Virus record (IMG/VR): IMGVR_UViG_3300035204_001773 | Span: 45,212-109,211 of that record | Length of the DNA: 64,000 nucleotides | Direction: 5' to 3' (one strand) | From: a virus | Shown: piece after piece, positions 52,040-61,354 of the stretch | Layout of the letters: each line of letters begins with the position of its first letter | How positions within the stretch are numbered: position 1 is the first letter of the stretch | Program-made: the position numbers and the translations under genes | Notes under the pieces: generated by a model | The model's database searches: none | What the model saw: the letters and a program-made list of their open reading frames with translations, nothing else | What the model was told of the DNA's origin: nothing

Positions 52040-52053
52040 ATATATATATACAC
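52040..52053 (-). promoter_or_regulatory. putative late promoter motif upstream of the tail tube gene
   Basis: GTGTATATATATAT in the intergenic region. Confidence 0.5.
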
Positions 52054-52077
52054 TAAATTTTAATTTTTGCCAAATTA

Positions 52078-55000
52078 TTATGAAGAAACATAAACATTTA
52101 CCCCAGAGCTAATCGTCTCTCCGTACCAATTTGTCATTCTTACATGATAAAATCCAGAGTCTGAGATCTGTATATTGGATAACGCTAATGATCCGCTATT
52201 TGGATGAAAATTTACGTCCAAAGACTGCCCATCTTTAAACCATTTATAAGATATTCCATAAACTACCTCGGGCCCCAACACTATATCTTCCCCCACTTGA
52301 GTTTGAATATCTATCATTTGTCCCGTAATTGTTGGAAGCATCCCATGCGGATGATCTTTACAAGTGGAATACCCACTTGGTAGATATGTGAAATCATAAG
52401 AAAAATCAAGGCATGATGGACATGCCCAAGCCCCTTCGGTGTTGTACTTGGGACCGCTATAAATTGAATCTACGAGTTCTCTAATAATGTCTATTTGATA
52501 ATGACTGTTATAATATCCATTGTCGTGACTATCAATGAACACTCTCTTACCCACGAATACTTTTACCGCGCCATAGTTCTGATCGACAGGATCTTCATTG
52601 CTATTTCTATCTTGTCTAACATTAATCATTTGCAGGTTATTAGATCCAGTTTGTATCAAGGATCCCGGTTCTCCCGATGGAGCACCCGGGTCAAAATAGT
52701 TAAATAAAATTCCTGACTTGGGTTGTCCAGCATTTACACTATTCGGCGGAGTCCCAAATAGTCCAGATATATTAGGACCCACACCCGGAGGAACGTTGTA
52801 TACTGTATTATTGTTATATCCGCCTGTCCATTCGTAATATGGCACACCAAGTTCTCCAGCGCCACCAGCGCCAGTATACGGAGGCAAATACTGCCCCGAC
52901 AAATATGGATCCCCAACCCAAACCGCTCCTCTTCTCAAAATGCCATCCCATTGACTTGTCTGGTCGCTTAAATAAATTGCGCCCCTCCTCGTATTTCCTA
53001 AATTATCAGGGTAAAGATAGTTGTCGGATATATGCTCGTTATTTAGATAGACCTTGAAGTTTTCGTCTTTATAATCATTATTGTTGTAGATCGCAATCAC
53101 AGGAAAACAATCAGGCGGAGATGCTGTAGACTCTTCGATATTAATGTTACCACTCCATCCCCCAAATTCATAATTGCTAGTTGGGATGCAAGCCCCGCCG
53201 CTTGGATTTTCTAATATAAAACCGAACTGCTCTCTTTGGTTGTATCCATATTCCTCATGGGGGTAATTCTCCCCAGAAGAAATAGACTCTTGGGTAATGT
53301 ATACTCTAATAGTTTTGCTCGCCTCCCCTTCTTCAAAAATTAAAGTACCAGAGTTGGGAACATAATCTTGATGAGCCTTAGCAGTGCCATCAATAGTTTT
53401 AAAATCTATAGCGACACGCCCATGACCCCCTAAATAGCGAGTAGAATTTATTACCCTCTCGGTTGATCCATCCTCTTGAGGAACGTAAATCTCTGGAGAC
53501 TTAATGTATCTATATACTGTTATATCAGTATATCTATTTATATTATACCTACTCTCGTTCCCTTCCAATTCCCAAGTATTCCCCTCGTATACCGTTAATA
53601 AGCTGGAATGTAACTCGAAATGACCCGTGTAATAAGGGGTAGATAGCAAGTGCAATTCACCGCTTTGATTGAAGTTCACTAACCATTTATCTTGATTACA
53701 TTGATCGAAGATAGATACGTCATTCTTGTAGCCGCCAGCAGCATTATAAATTTCGAAATGCACTATCTTATCTTCTATAACTCCATCGCAACCAGCAGCG
53801 GGAGTACCCCAGTCTATAACTTCAAGCTCAAAGTTTTTGTACGCTTCTCCATCAGCGAAGCTTAGCGTACCTGTCGTTGGGACATAATGCACATTTGGAG
53901 TTGCAGAACTCAGCGGGTCAACCACGGTTCTATAGCCCACGGTGCAAGCTCCATCTGATCCACCGACTCTTGTAACCGGGATTTTGAGCTTATTATTTAT
54001 ATCTGGTACGGGAATTTTATAATACGTTTTATAATTATCCGCTTCTCTGTCCTTAGTAGAAATAAATATTGACTTGTTATATTTTTCTGCATCCCCAACA
54101 GAAGGATTGCTATAAGAGCTTGTGGCCGCTATGCTCTCCGAAGATCCAGTCCAAAAATAATAATGACTTAATCCAACATCATGTTGATAAGGATTTGCCT
54201 CTCTTCCAGAAGACTCGAAAGACAAGAATTTTTCTCTATCTAAGCCCAAGCCCCATCCCGTATTTATGTCACACTTCGGCCATACTCGGTAAATTGGCTC
54301 TTGCGTATAGGAAGAGCCGCCATAACTATAATTTCTATAGTCTATAATTCTAGCGTTTTCAGATGTCCCATATTGACAACCATACGTATTTATAATTTTG
54401 GCTTCGCCGGGCAAGGTGCCAATTAAACTAGACGGAGCAGGTAGACCGTTATATCCTCCTTCGTAATTCGGTCTGGTCGGTGCCGTGCTGCTCGCATCAT
54501 TTTCGTCTGGTGGTTGATCAGGTAACGTATATGAAGTTGCTGGGTCTACATACTTACCTGCAGACAAAGGGGTATATGACATTTGTTGTCCGCTTGATAT
54601 CCAACCTCCTATAGCTAATGCCCCGGGATTATTATCTCTGATTTTTACTTCTGCTACTGCATTTTTTGCATATACTACTTTCGTATGCCTTGGGGGATGA
54701 CAGCCCGGCCCCATGCCGTAGATATTATAATAACTATAAGGACAACTTGCATTTGGCTCAGGCATTGGTAAACCAACCATGTACCTCAACATTCCCGTAG
54801 GTATTGAGTGAGCCGCCTTTGCTATTCTTTCTCCGGCCTCCCAAACTCTCATGCCGGGGAATATATTGCCGGGAATAAACAGCCTACCAGAAGTATCGAA
54901 CAACTCTACGCCGACAACTTTGACAGCGTATTCTGGCTTGGAGTTTCTTAGTCCCGAAATAGGAATTGTTTTTTCCAATTCTCCATCTTCAAATTTTAAA

Positions 55001-58000
55001 AATCCCGTATGATGTACGTAATTATATTCTCCCACACTTGGTTGCCTATTAGCTTCAGAGCAAGTGCTTCCGGGTATGTTACCAATACAATTACTAATGC
55101 TCGCAGTATAATTACAATGCTCTGTATATCTTAAAAAGCTGCTCGCACCTTGTGGGGTTGCGGGTTTGTAGCTCGCGCCCCAATCTTCGCTTTCAATATA
55201 GCTCCAGTGATGGCTATAAAGCGGGCAACATCCATCCCTAGAACCAAGTCTTGATGTTAGATTAAAAGCTCCCCCAAGGGTAACATCTGCATTACCCATC
55301 GCCCCCCCTTGAATTTTGCCATGAAAATTTCCATATCCTTGACTTACCCAACGCCATCCATCAATCCAACTTCCGTCAGCAGTTCCCGTGGCGACTAAAT
55401 TAGTATATTCTATCGTCGTTCTATAATAAACCCCAGCTTCTCCAGTCGGAGGGTAGTAAACTTCTTGCCAGTAAACTAATGGACAAGCAAGATTGGGTAA
55501 ATTATTGTCTCCGGGAGAAGGGTTATGACCAGCTTCAGAATAATTTTGTAGATATCCAGCCGGATCTGTATCGTATCCCGTTTTATAACAGCTACCTTTA
55601 TGCTCCGGCTCCAAAGTAACCGATTGGTAGCCTAATAATGGATTTGATGTCAAATATTCTGCCGTCGTAGTTCCGGTCCAATAATACGCCCCCGTTCTTC
55701 CTATCTTCAAGTTAGCTATCATATCATCATCGCCATCGCCTTCATCTATCTGATAAGAAATAGAATCACCGGGGTAAGGTGAGTAAGGCGGTATAACCGA
55801 AATCATATTACCCTCATGGTGAATATTTTTTCTATTAGCGTCTTCTTGGTCCCCAGTACTAATAAAATAGAAAGCTGGCCAGTAAGGTAATTCTCTTGGC
55901 GGAAGATCCGGTTCATCTACATAAGGAATTGGGGAAGGTGTTGGAGTTGGGGTGGGTGTTGGAAGGCATGCGACACATCCTACGTGGTGCGCGTCTGTAT
56001 ATAATAAGTCTAAGCTACAATTAACCGTAGTAGGAGCCCAGTCTGTTACGCAATATTGTTTCCAAACTGTCTGCCCCCATTGATTCTCGACATAACCAGT
56101 AACTTCTAAAGCTCCCTGTACGGGAGACGGAGCAATATTTTTGTTATCTAAGAAATAAACCGTGAAATCATCATCCCAATAATCAAGTTCACAATTTTGC
56201 CCACTTAGTACTTGATGCAAGCATGGCGTAGGCGTCGGAGTTGGCGTGGGCGTGATAGGTATAGTTTTATCTTGCACGATCACTGCGCATGTCAATTTAT
56301 CTCCTAGGAAACTTAAATCAGTTTCCCAATCTCCATAAGAATATGTATTTGGATCCCATGTTCTGCTCCAGCCGCTTACGATATCCATTAAAAACATTTC
56401 TGGATTTTCAAAAGTGTTATCTTCTCCAAATTCAACAGTAATATATTTAGTTGTTTCCCCTTCGTCAAAAACAAGAGTTTGGTCTACGGGGGTAAAATCT
56501 ACTCCCGGCGTAGCATGATCACTAATTAACCCAGCATATGGCCTATTTTCAATCGGCCTTGTTCTATAATAATGTGCATCCCAACCCGGAGAAGCTTCAC
56601 GAACATGATTATATATTAAAGGCATGTTCTTCTTATAGGGGTCATCTACATACGGAATCTCTGCTGGGTAAGATATAACCTTAACCATGTGCTGTCTATT
56701 ATGATGGAGATCGGAAGCGTCCTCTCTAACTATGGGTACCTGTATGGTATTGTTTACTCTTATAGCCCAATCCGGATCATATGTATAACTATAATAATTT
56801 GGATCTTTTATCCATTCAACCCCGGATACTGCTGTATATTTAAAATTAACCGGATAATCATGACTATGCGGGGTAGGAGTGGGAGTCGGCGCGGGGGGCG
56901 CGTCTGCATGTTGACAGTCCTCAACTGTTCTAATAAATTCAAATACTATATCTGCTCCGCCACCAGCCATATATTCTGTATCTAGCAACTCTTTCCATAT
57001 ATTTATTGTTTGATCATTAGCGTCCCACTTTGCGGTGAATATTTTAATCGAACCTCTATTTGAATTATAATTGTTCCTTATATTTCTCATGACCAATGAG
57101 TTACCTTCTCCCACTGGCTTTAAGATAGGATCAAAATCTATATAATTATATTCCAAAGAGTCTTTGGGACAAACTAAACTGCTAATATTTGAACCGTATA
57201 TTTCTTGTCCGTATTCATCTATAATATCTGGTTTGAAATTGATTCTTAAATCTGGATGTCCTATATATATGGCCCCCACTGGGCTGTCTACCCCCAGCAA
57301 AAGTTCTTCGTCTAATGTGTTTCCATTTAAAGATATTTTAAAATTATCATCCATCATGGAGTTGTCATTACAAATTGCTATTACATAGAAACAATCTGTA
57401 TCTAAAAGGGGCGGGGTAGCCGTGGGTGGAGGCGTAGGTGTCGGCGTAGGTGTCGGCGTAGGTGTCGGCGTAGGAGTAGGTTCTGATGGTAGTTCTGTCG
57501 GCGTAGGTGTCGGCGTAGGTGTGGCGGTGATAGAAGGCTCAACCCAATATCTAGGTTTCCTAGCTTTTTCAACAACAAAATCAACGAAAGCAGGATACAC
57601 CTCTTCGTTTAAATCTTGAAAATCTCCACGGCCAACAGGTATCCTAGAAACAAAAACTTGATCTATATACGAAGTATCTGTCGTATCAGAAATCTCACTA
57701 GCGTAATTAAATCCCCCTGTATATGCTCCCATGGAATTAAAAGGCATATTTTGCTCCGTTATTAGGGGGACGTCTTTACCTTTTAAATCTCTAAATATGC
57801 TACAAACCGCGTCTAGTTCGTAACTAGAACGAGCTAAAACCACTGCCCTAATCGTAGTTCTAGTTAAATCAACCCCGCCAAAAGCATGTGGTAAATTTTT
57901 CCCACCGATGTCTTTTAGAAAAATAGCTGGATAAGTTTTATGATCTGTTGGTATTCCCGTGGGGGTTTGCTCTGTTCTGGGATTAAGCTCGAAATGAGTT

Positions 58001-58392
58001 TCAAATAGTAAATCTTCTTCCGCTTCATTGGTTAAGTATATGTTAAAATCTTTAACGGAATAATTCCCACTAATAGAACCGGAGATTTCATTATTAAAAT
58101 ATATCTGTCCTTGGTATGGATTAATAGAAACAAAGCCGCTTTCTCCGGGAGAAATATAGTTGTTGTTTAAATAAACCCCAGATAACACATTAGGATTGAT
58201 CGATCCACTTATGGATTCATCACAAACAAATTGTTTAAACGGAGCAGAATAAGTATATATATTTTGATATTGATTACCTATGGGATAAAATCGTGATCCA
58301 TGATTAGCATAAGCTTCACCTTTTGTGGATAGATTATGATCCACAAAGAATATGAAGTTGCTCATCAATAAATTTTCGTATTGAATCCTCAT
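52078..58392 (-). CDS. tail-completion/terminator-like protein fused to Pro-Thr linkers, four Calx-beta-like domains and a C-terminal Ig domain
   Basis: First ~280 aa paralogous to 58408-59733. Calx-beta motifs DFTPVDQTLVFDEGETTKYITV, GFLKFEDGELEKTIPI, HYVPTTGTLSFADGE and DYVPNSGTLIFEEGEASKTI. Ig motif YKWFKDG...LALSNIQISDSGFYHVRMTN. Confidence 0.75.
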   Translation of the reverse strand: MRIQYENLLMSNFIFFVDHNLSTKGEAYANHGSRFYPIGNQYQNIYTYSAPFKQFVCDESISGSINPNVLSGVYLNNNYISPGESGFVSINPYQGQIYFNNEISGSISGNYSVKDFNIYLTNEAEEDLLFETHFELNPRTEQTPTGIPTDHKTYPAIFLKDIGGKNLPHAFGGVDLTRTTIRAVVLARSSYELDAVCSIFRDLKGKDVPLITEQNMPFNSMGAYTGGFNYASEISDTTDTSYIDQVFVSRIPVGRGDFQDLNEEVYPAFVDFVVEKARKPRYWVEPSITATPTPTPTPTELPSEPTPTPTPTPTPTPTPTPPPTATPPLLDTDCFYVIAICNDNSMMDDNFKISLNGNTLDEELLLGVDSPVGAIYIGHPDLRINFKPDIIDEYGQEIYGSNISSLVCPKDSLEYNYIDFDPILKPVGEGNSLVMRNIRNNYNSNRGSIKIFTAKWDANDQTINIWKELLDTEYMAGGGADIVFEFIRTVEDCQHADAPPAPTPTPTPHSHDYPVNFKYTAVSGVEWIKDPNYYSYTYDPDWAIRVNNTIQVPIVREDASDLHHNRQHMVKVISYPAEIPYVDDPYKKNMPLIYNHVREASPGWDAHYYRTRPIENRPYAGLISDHATPGVDFTPVDQTLVFDEGETTKYITVEFGEDNTFENPEMFLMDIVSGWSRTWDPNTYSYGDWETDLSFLGDKLTCAVIVQDKTIPITPTPTPTPTPCLHQVLSGQNCELDYWDDDFTVYFLDNKNIAPSPVQGALEVTGYVENQWGQTVWKQYCVTDWAPTTVNCSLDLLYTDAHHVGCVACLPTPTPTPTPSPIPYVDEPDLPPRELPYWPAFYFISTGDQEDANRKNIHHEGNMISVIPPYSPYPGDSISYQIDEGDGDDDMIANLKIGRTGAYYWTGTTTAEYLTSNPLLGYQSVTLEPEHKGSCYKTGYDTDPAGYLQNYSEAGHNPSPGDNNLPNLACPLVYWQEVYYPPTGEAGVYYRTTIEYTNLVATGTADGSWIDGWRWVSQGYGNFHGKIQGGAMGNADVTLGGAFNLTSRLGSRDGCCPLYSHHWSYIESEDWGASYKPATPQGASSFLRYTEHCNYTASISNCIGNIPGSTCSEANRQPSVGEYNYVHHTGFLKFEDGELEKTIPISGLRNSKPEYAVKVVGVELFDTSGRLFIPGNIFPGMRVWEAGERIAKAAHSIPTGMLRYMVGLPMPEPNASCPYSYYNIYGMGPGCHPPRHTKVVYAKNAVAEVKIRDNNPGALAIGGWISSGQQMSYTPLSAGKYVDPATSYTLPDQPPDENDASSTAPTRPNYEGGYNGLPAPSSLIGTLPGEAKIINTYGCQYGTSENARIIDYRNYSYGGSSYTQEPIYRVWPKCDINTGWGLGLDREKFLSFESSGREANPYQHDVGLSHYYFWTGSSESIAATSSYSNPSVGDAEKYNKSIFISTKDREADNYKTYYKIPVPDINNKLKIPVTRVGGSDGACTVGYRTVVDPLSSATPNVHYVPTTGTLSFADGEAYKNFELEVIDWGTPAAGCDGVIEDKIVHFEIYNAAGGYKNDVSIFDQCNQDKWLVNFNQSGELHLLSTPYYTGHFELHSSLLTVYEGNTWELEGNESRYNINRYTDITVYRYIKSPEIYVPQEDGSTERVINSTRYLGGHGRVAIDFKTIDGTAKAHQDYVPNSGTLIFEEGEASKTIRVYITQESISSGENYPHEEYGYNQREQFGFILENPSGGACIPTSNYEFGGWSGNINIEESTASPPDCFPVIAIYNNNDYKDENFKVYLNNEHISDNYLYPDNLGNTRRGAIYLSDQTSQWDGILRRGAVWVGDPYLSGQYLPPYTGAGGAGELGVPYYEWTGGYNNNTVYNVPPGVGPNISGLFGTPPNSVNAGQPKSGILFNYFDPGAPSGEPGSLIQTGSNNLQMINVRQDRNSNEDPVDQNYGAVKVFVGKRVFIDSHDNGYYNSHYQIDIIRELVDSIYSGPKYNTEGAWACPSCLDFSYDFTYLPSGYSTCKDHPHGMLPTITGQMIDIQTQVGEDIVLGPEVVYGISYKWFKDGQSLDVNFHPNSGSLALSNIQISDSGFYHVRMTNWYGETISSGVNVYVSS
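57415..57527 (-). repeat. 12-bp tandem repeat encoding a Pro-Thr linker
   Basis: (GTAGGTGTCGGC)n on the + strand gives TPTPTP on the - strand. Confidence 0.9.
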
Positions 58393-58407
58393 CCCTATAA
58401 TATATTA

Positions 58408-59733
58408 TTAAATATCCCTTAGATTTTTCAATGTAAAATCTACAAAACCAACGAAAACTTCTGTATTTAATTTATTAAAATCTTGCCTATTTTGACTCCT
58501 TTTAGAGACAGAGACTTCATCTATAGAAAAAGAGTTTTCTTCACTCCACCCGTTTGGCGAAATACTATTGCTAATTGCGGCTTTATAATCATACCCACTA
58601 CCTCCCGCGTCCCCCAAGGGGCCGAATGGCTGATCTTCTGAATCTATAATGGCTACCCGCCTTTTAGCGGTATCCTTAAGTAGCGCGCAGCAGGCATCTA
58701 AATTATACGCAGAATCAGAAAGAACTACTGATCTTATTTCGATTTCTGTATCGTAAGCATTTGGAAATCCTACCCCTACGTTTTTGCTCGTTAAATTTTT
58801 TATATATATGGCTGGATAAGTTCTGCACTCAGGAGGCAATCCGGTTGGAGATTGCTCCACTTTTGGATTTATCTTAAATTGTGTTTCAAATAAAAGAACG
58901 TTTTCCGGTTCATTAGTTAAGTAAACATTAAAATCTTTTACTGCATAGTCACCACTAGGCAACACCCCTAAAGCGCTAGGATAATCCTCAGTAAAATGAA
59001 CTTGCCCCATATTATAATCAATAGAGGCAAGACCACTAACTCCCGGGGTTAAATAATGTCCATCTAAATGAACTCCGCTTATTACATTAGGTTTTCTCGA
59101 TTTTTCTCCCTGAACTATACCGACAGAAGTATCATAAACAAACTGCTTGAATGGAGAACCATAGGTATAATAAGCCATTGTTGTTTCTATTGTTTCTGGA
59201 GTAGTATTATCACAACTTTCCATAGTGCCGAAGGTTGTGGGCCAAGTTGCTAAAGTAGGACATGATTCATCTCCGCTGTTGGCATAAGCACGAGGCCGCG
59301 GATCAGAACTAGAGTGTGAATTTAACTCAGCCGTGATGAGCCACCCTCCGGAGATATTGGGCCCATACCATAAGTATCCTTGGTTCACCCCATAGCCCAT
59401 GAGGCTCCAATTTTCCTCGCTTATCCAATACGGTTTCCCATTCAAAACTCCGGAATAGAAATCGGTTATTTCTGCTTTTCGCCATGTGCCTTGCATGGCG
59501 TCACCCCAACTACTTCCCCAGACGTTGTCATGTGACCCTAACCAACCGGTTGTAAGTATACAATCGGGACAGTCCGTTGGTGGAATCTCCTGTGTGACTG
59601 TTCTACTGAATCTATTTCTTACTGGGTAAAATTGACTTCCGTAATTCGTATAAGCTTTACCCTTTGAACTAAGCTCATTATCAATGAACAATAAAAGGCT
59701 GGATATAATTTTATGTTCATATTGTAATTTCAT
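58408..59733 (-). CDS. tail-completion/terminator-like protein with an inserted Trp/Cys-rich domain
   Basis: M.(I/L)QYE, KG.AY.N.GS.FYP, PFKQFV.D.S, VKDFN.YLTNE.E..LFET.F and TYPAI..K are shared with the N-terminus of the 2104-aa gene. About 140 aa inserted. Confidence 0.6.
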   Translation of the reverse strand: MKLQYEHKIISSLLLFIDNELSSKGKAYTNYGSQFYPVRNRFSRTVTQEIPPTDCPDCILTTGWLGSHDNVWGSSWGDAMQGTWRKAEITDFYSGVLNGKPYWISEENWSLMGYGVNQGYLWYGPNISGGWLITAELNSHSSSDPRPRAYANSGDESCPTLATWPTTFGTMESCDNTTPETIETTMAYYTYGSPFKQFVYDTSVGIVQGEKSRKPNVISGVHLDGHYLTPGVSGLASIDYNMGQVHFTEDYPSALGVLPSGDYAVKDFNVYLTNEPENVLLFETQFKINPKVEQSPTGLPPECRTYPAIYIKNLTSKNVGVGFPNAYDTEIEIRSVVLSDSAYNLDACCALLKDTAKRRVAIIDSEDQPFGPLGDAGGSGYDYKAAISNSISPNGWSEENSFSIDEVSVSKRSQNRQDFNKLNTEVFVGFVDFTLKNLRDI

Positions 59734-60347
59734 TATTTATTTATCCCTAGTCTTTTCAAAAATTTATGAATGATTTGAGAAAGATAAGGAGTAGGACGAA
59801 AATGTCCTTGTCTGATTTTTTTCTTTGTTTGTAATCCGAGTCCAGATCTAGATTCTTCAAATTTTCTATTCATATAATATCCAAATCCACTTATTCCATT
59901 TTCCATTCCCTCTATCCAACTCTTACCGGGTTCCCAAGGTAATTTACTAATTTTTCTTAAAAATCTCAAGTCTGGATAAAACACATTACATGACGCTTCT
60001 ATTTTATTTTTACCGGGGCTCACCCGCGTTCTTACCGCTCCTACTCGCACGCTATCTTTTAAATATGTTTTTACCGCTAGCGTAGGATTTGACCCCGCAT
60101 CGAAACCAATGTATGTAAATAAATTCCCTCCGCTACCTAACCCGCCTAAGGTATTAGATAGATTTACTGCACGTACGCCACCTTCAATCTCAACAGTAAC
60201 TGGGTGGTTGTGGAAGTCATTTAACATTAGGGCTTTTGCCTGCTGGGCGCGTTGATCTAAACTTTTTTTGCAGGCAGCTTTAAAAGCTTTAGTCTTGGCT
60301 ACTTGTGCGCCAATACCCTTCATATTAACTGTGCCTCCTCTAGCCAT
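59733..60347 (-). CDS. putative neck protein (HK97 gp10-like position and composition)
   Basis: Basic 204-aa protein ending FRPTPYLSQII, like gp10-type P.P(F/Y)L endings; between head closure and tail completion genes. Confidence 0.5.
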   Translation of the reverse strand: MARGGTVNMKGIGAQVAKTKAFKAACKKSLDQRAQQAKALMLNDFHNHPVTVEIEGGVRAVNLSNTLGGLGSGGNLFTYIGFDAGSNPTLAVKTYLKDSVRVGAVRTRVSPGKNKIEASCNVFYPDLRFLRKISKLPWEPGKSWIEGMENGISGFGYYMNRKFEESRSGLGLQTKKKIRQGHFRPTPYLSQIIHKFLKRLGINK

Positions 60348-60348
60348 A

Positions 60349-60792
60349 TTATTTTGTTACCTCTAATTGGAATAAGTAAAACTCAGTAGCATTCAAGAAG
60401 CTTTTTACTGCGTCATCACTTATAACATTGAATACTTTTCCATCAAACTCTATCTTCTCTGTTTTTCCATTCGAAATGAAATCCCTGCAGTCTTTCTTAA
60501 CTTTTATTGAAGCTGTTCCTACAGAGATTTGCGAGTTTATTTCCTCTACAAAATTTGCAGTTTGTTTATCGGTATATTTTACAATAGCAGGGAAAACGCC
60601 CGTCACAGGAACGTAAGAATAATTAACCACATCAGAATAATCTCCGTATCCAAAAATTTGTGCGGTACTTATTTGATTTATAATCTTCTTCGGTTCTTTA
60701 TGAATAACTATATCCCTTTTGAACGTATCAAAGATATCGTTAAACATCGCGCCCAACGCGGCTCGTTCCGTAGTTGATATTAAATCTGCCAT
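60349..60792 (-). CDS. putative head-closure (stopper) protein
   Basis: 147 aa, beta-rich, KIEFDGKVFNVIS...YLFQLE pattern typical of stoppers; synteny. Confidence 0.55.
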   Translation of the reverse strand: MADLISTTERAALGAMFNDIFDTFKRDIVIHKEPKKIINQISTAQIFGYGDYSDVVNYSYVPVTGVFPAIVKYTDKQTANFVEEINSQISVGTASIKVKKDCRDFISNGKTEKIEFDGKVFNVISDDAVKSFLNATEFYLFQLEVTK

Positions 60793-60796
60793 TAAA

Positions 60797-61339
60797 TTAC
60801 CTTATGTTGTTTTTATTCGTCCCTGTAAAATCAACCGCCTTATCCGGATCGAAGTATCCAGCTATCGTATCATCTCCAGCCACCTGAATAGGCTCTGCTC
60901 CCCTTCGTTGATAAGAGAAGATTAATTTTTTTAACTCATCCATTTCAGTTCTTAATAATTTCAAATAAACTTTACTTACTTCATTTTTATTAACCTTTCT
61001 TACGCTTGACCCATCATCAGAAACAGAAATGACGCTGTCAGTAGTAGAAGCGGCCAAGCTTTCTCTAAGTTTGACCTCGTAGTGATGAACCAAATACATC
61101 TTCTTGAGAACCGCCTTAGCCTCCTCGTTTATCTCTTCAGTGATTTGATTATTCTGGAGATTAATGTAGATGTTTTGTATCTCATAATCAGGCTCTGCGC
61201 CCAATGTGTAGGAGGTATTGATGTGATTGTTCAATATACCGAGGTTAGTCCTCAACCAAAAGGATATGGCCGGTATACTCAACGTGCTTGGAGAACCTAG
61301 TTCCCTATACAATTCGTCTGCTATGTCTACGGATTTCAT
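60797..61339 (-). CDS. putative head-tail adaptor/connector protein
   Basis: Helical body with VISVSDDGSSVRK hairpin; first neck gene. Confidence 0.5.
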   Translation of the reverse strand: MKSVDIADELYRELGSPSTLSIPAISFWLRTNLGILNNHINTSYTLGAEPDYEIQNIYINLQNNQITEEINEEAKAVLKKMYLVHHYEVKLRESLAASTTDSVISVSDDGSSVRKVNKNEVSKVYLKLLRTEMDELKKLIFSYQRRGAEPIQVAGDDTIAGYFDPDKAVDFTGTNKNNIR

Positions 61340-61340
61340 T

Positions 61341-61354
61341 ATTTATATTTACAC
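61341..61354 (-). promoter_or_regulatory. putative late promoter motif overlapping the upstream stop codon
   Basis: GTGTAAATATAAAT-A-ATG; its GTG TAA is the last codon and stop of the upstream gene. Confidence 0.5.

Noticed and set aside
57422-57619. Gly-Val repeat ORF on the + strand
   Set aside because: Antisense shadow of the Pro-Thr linker.
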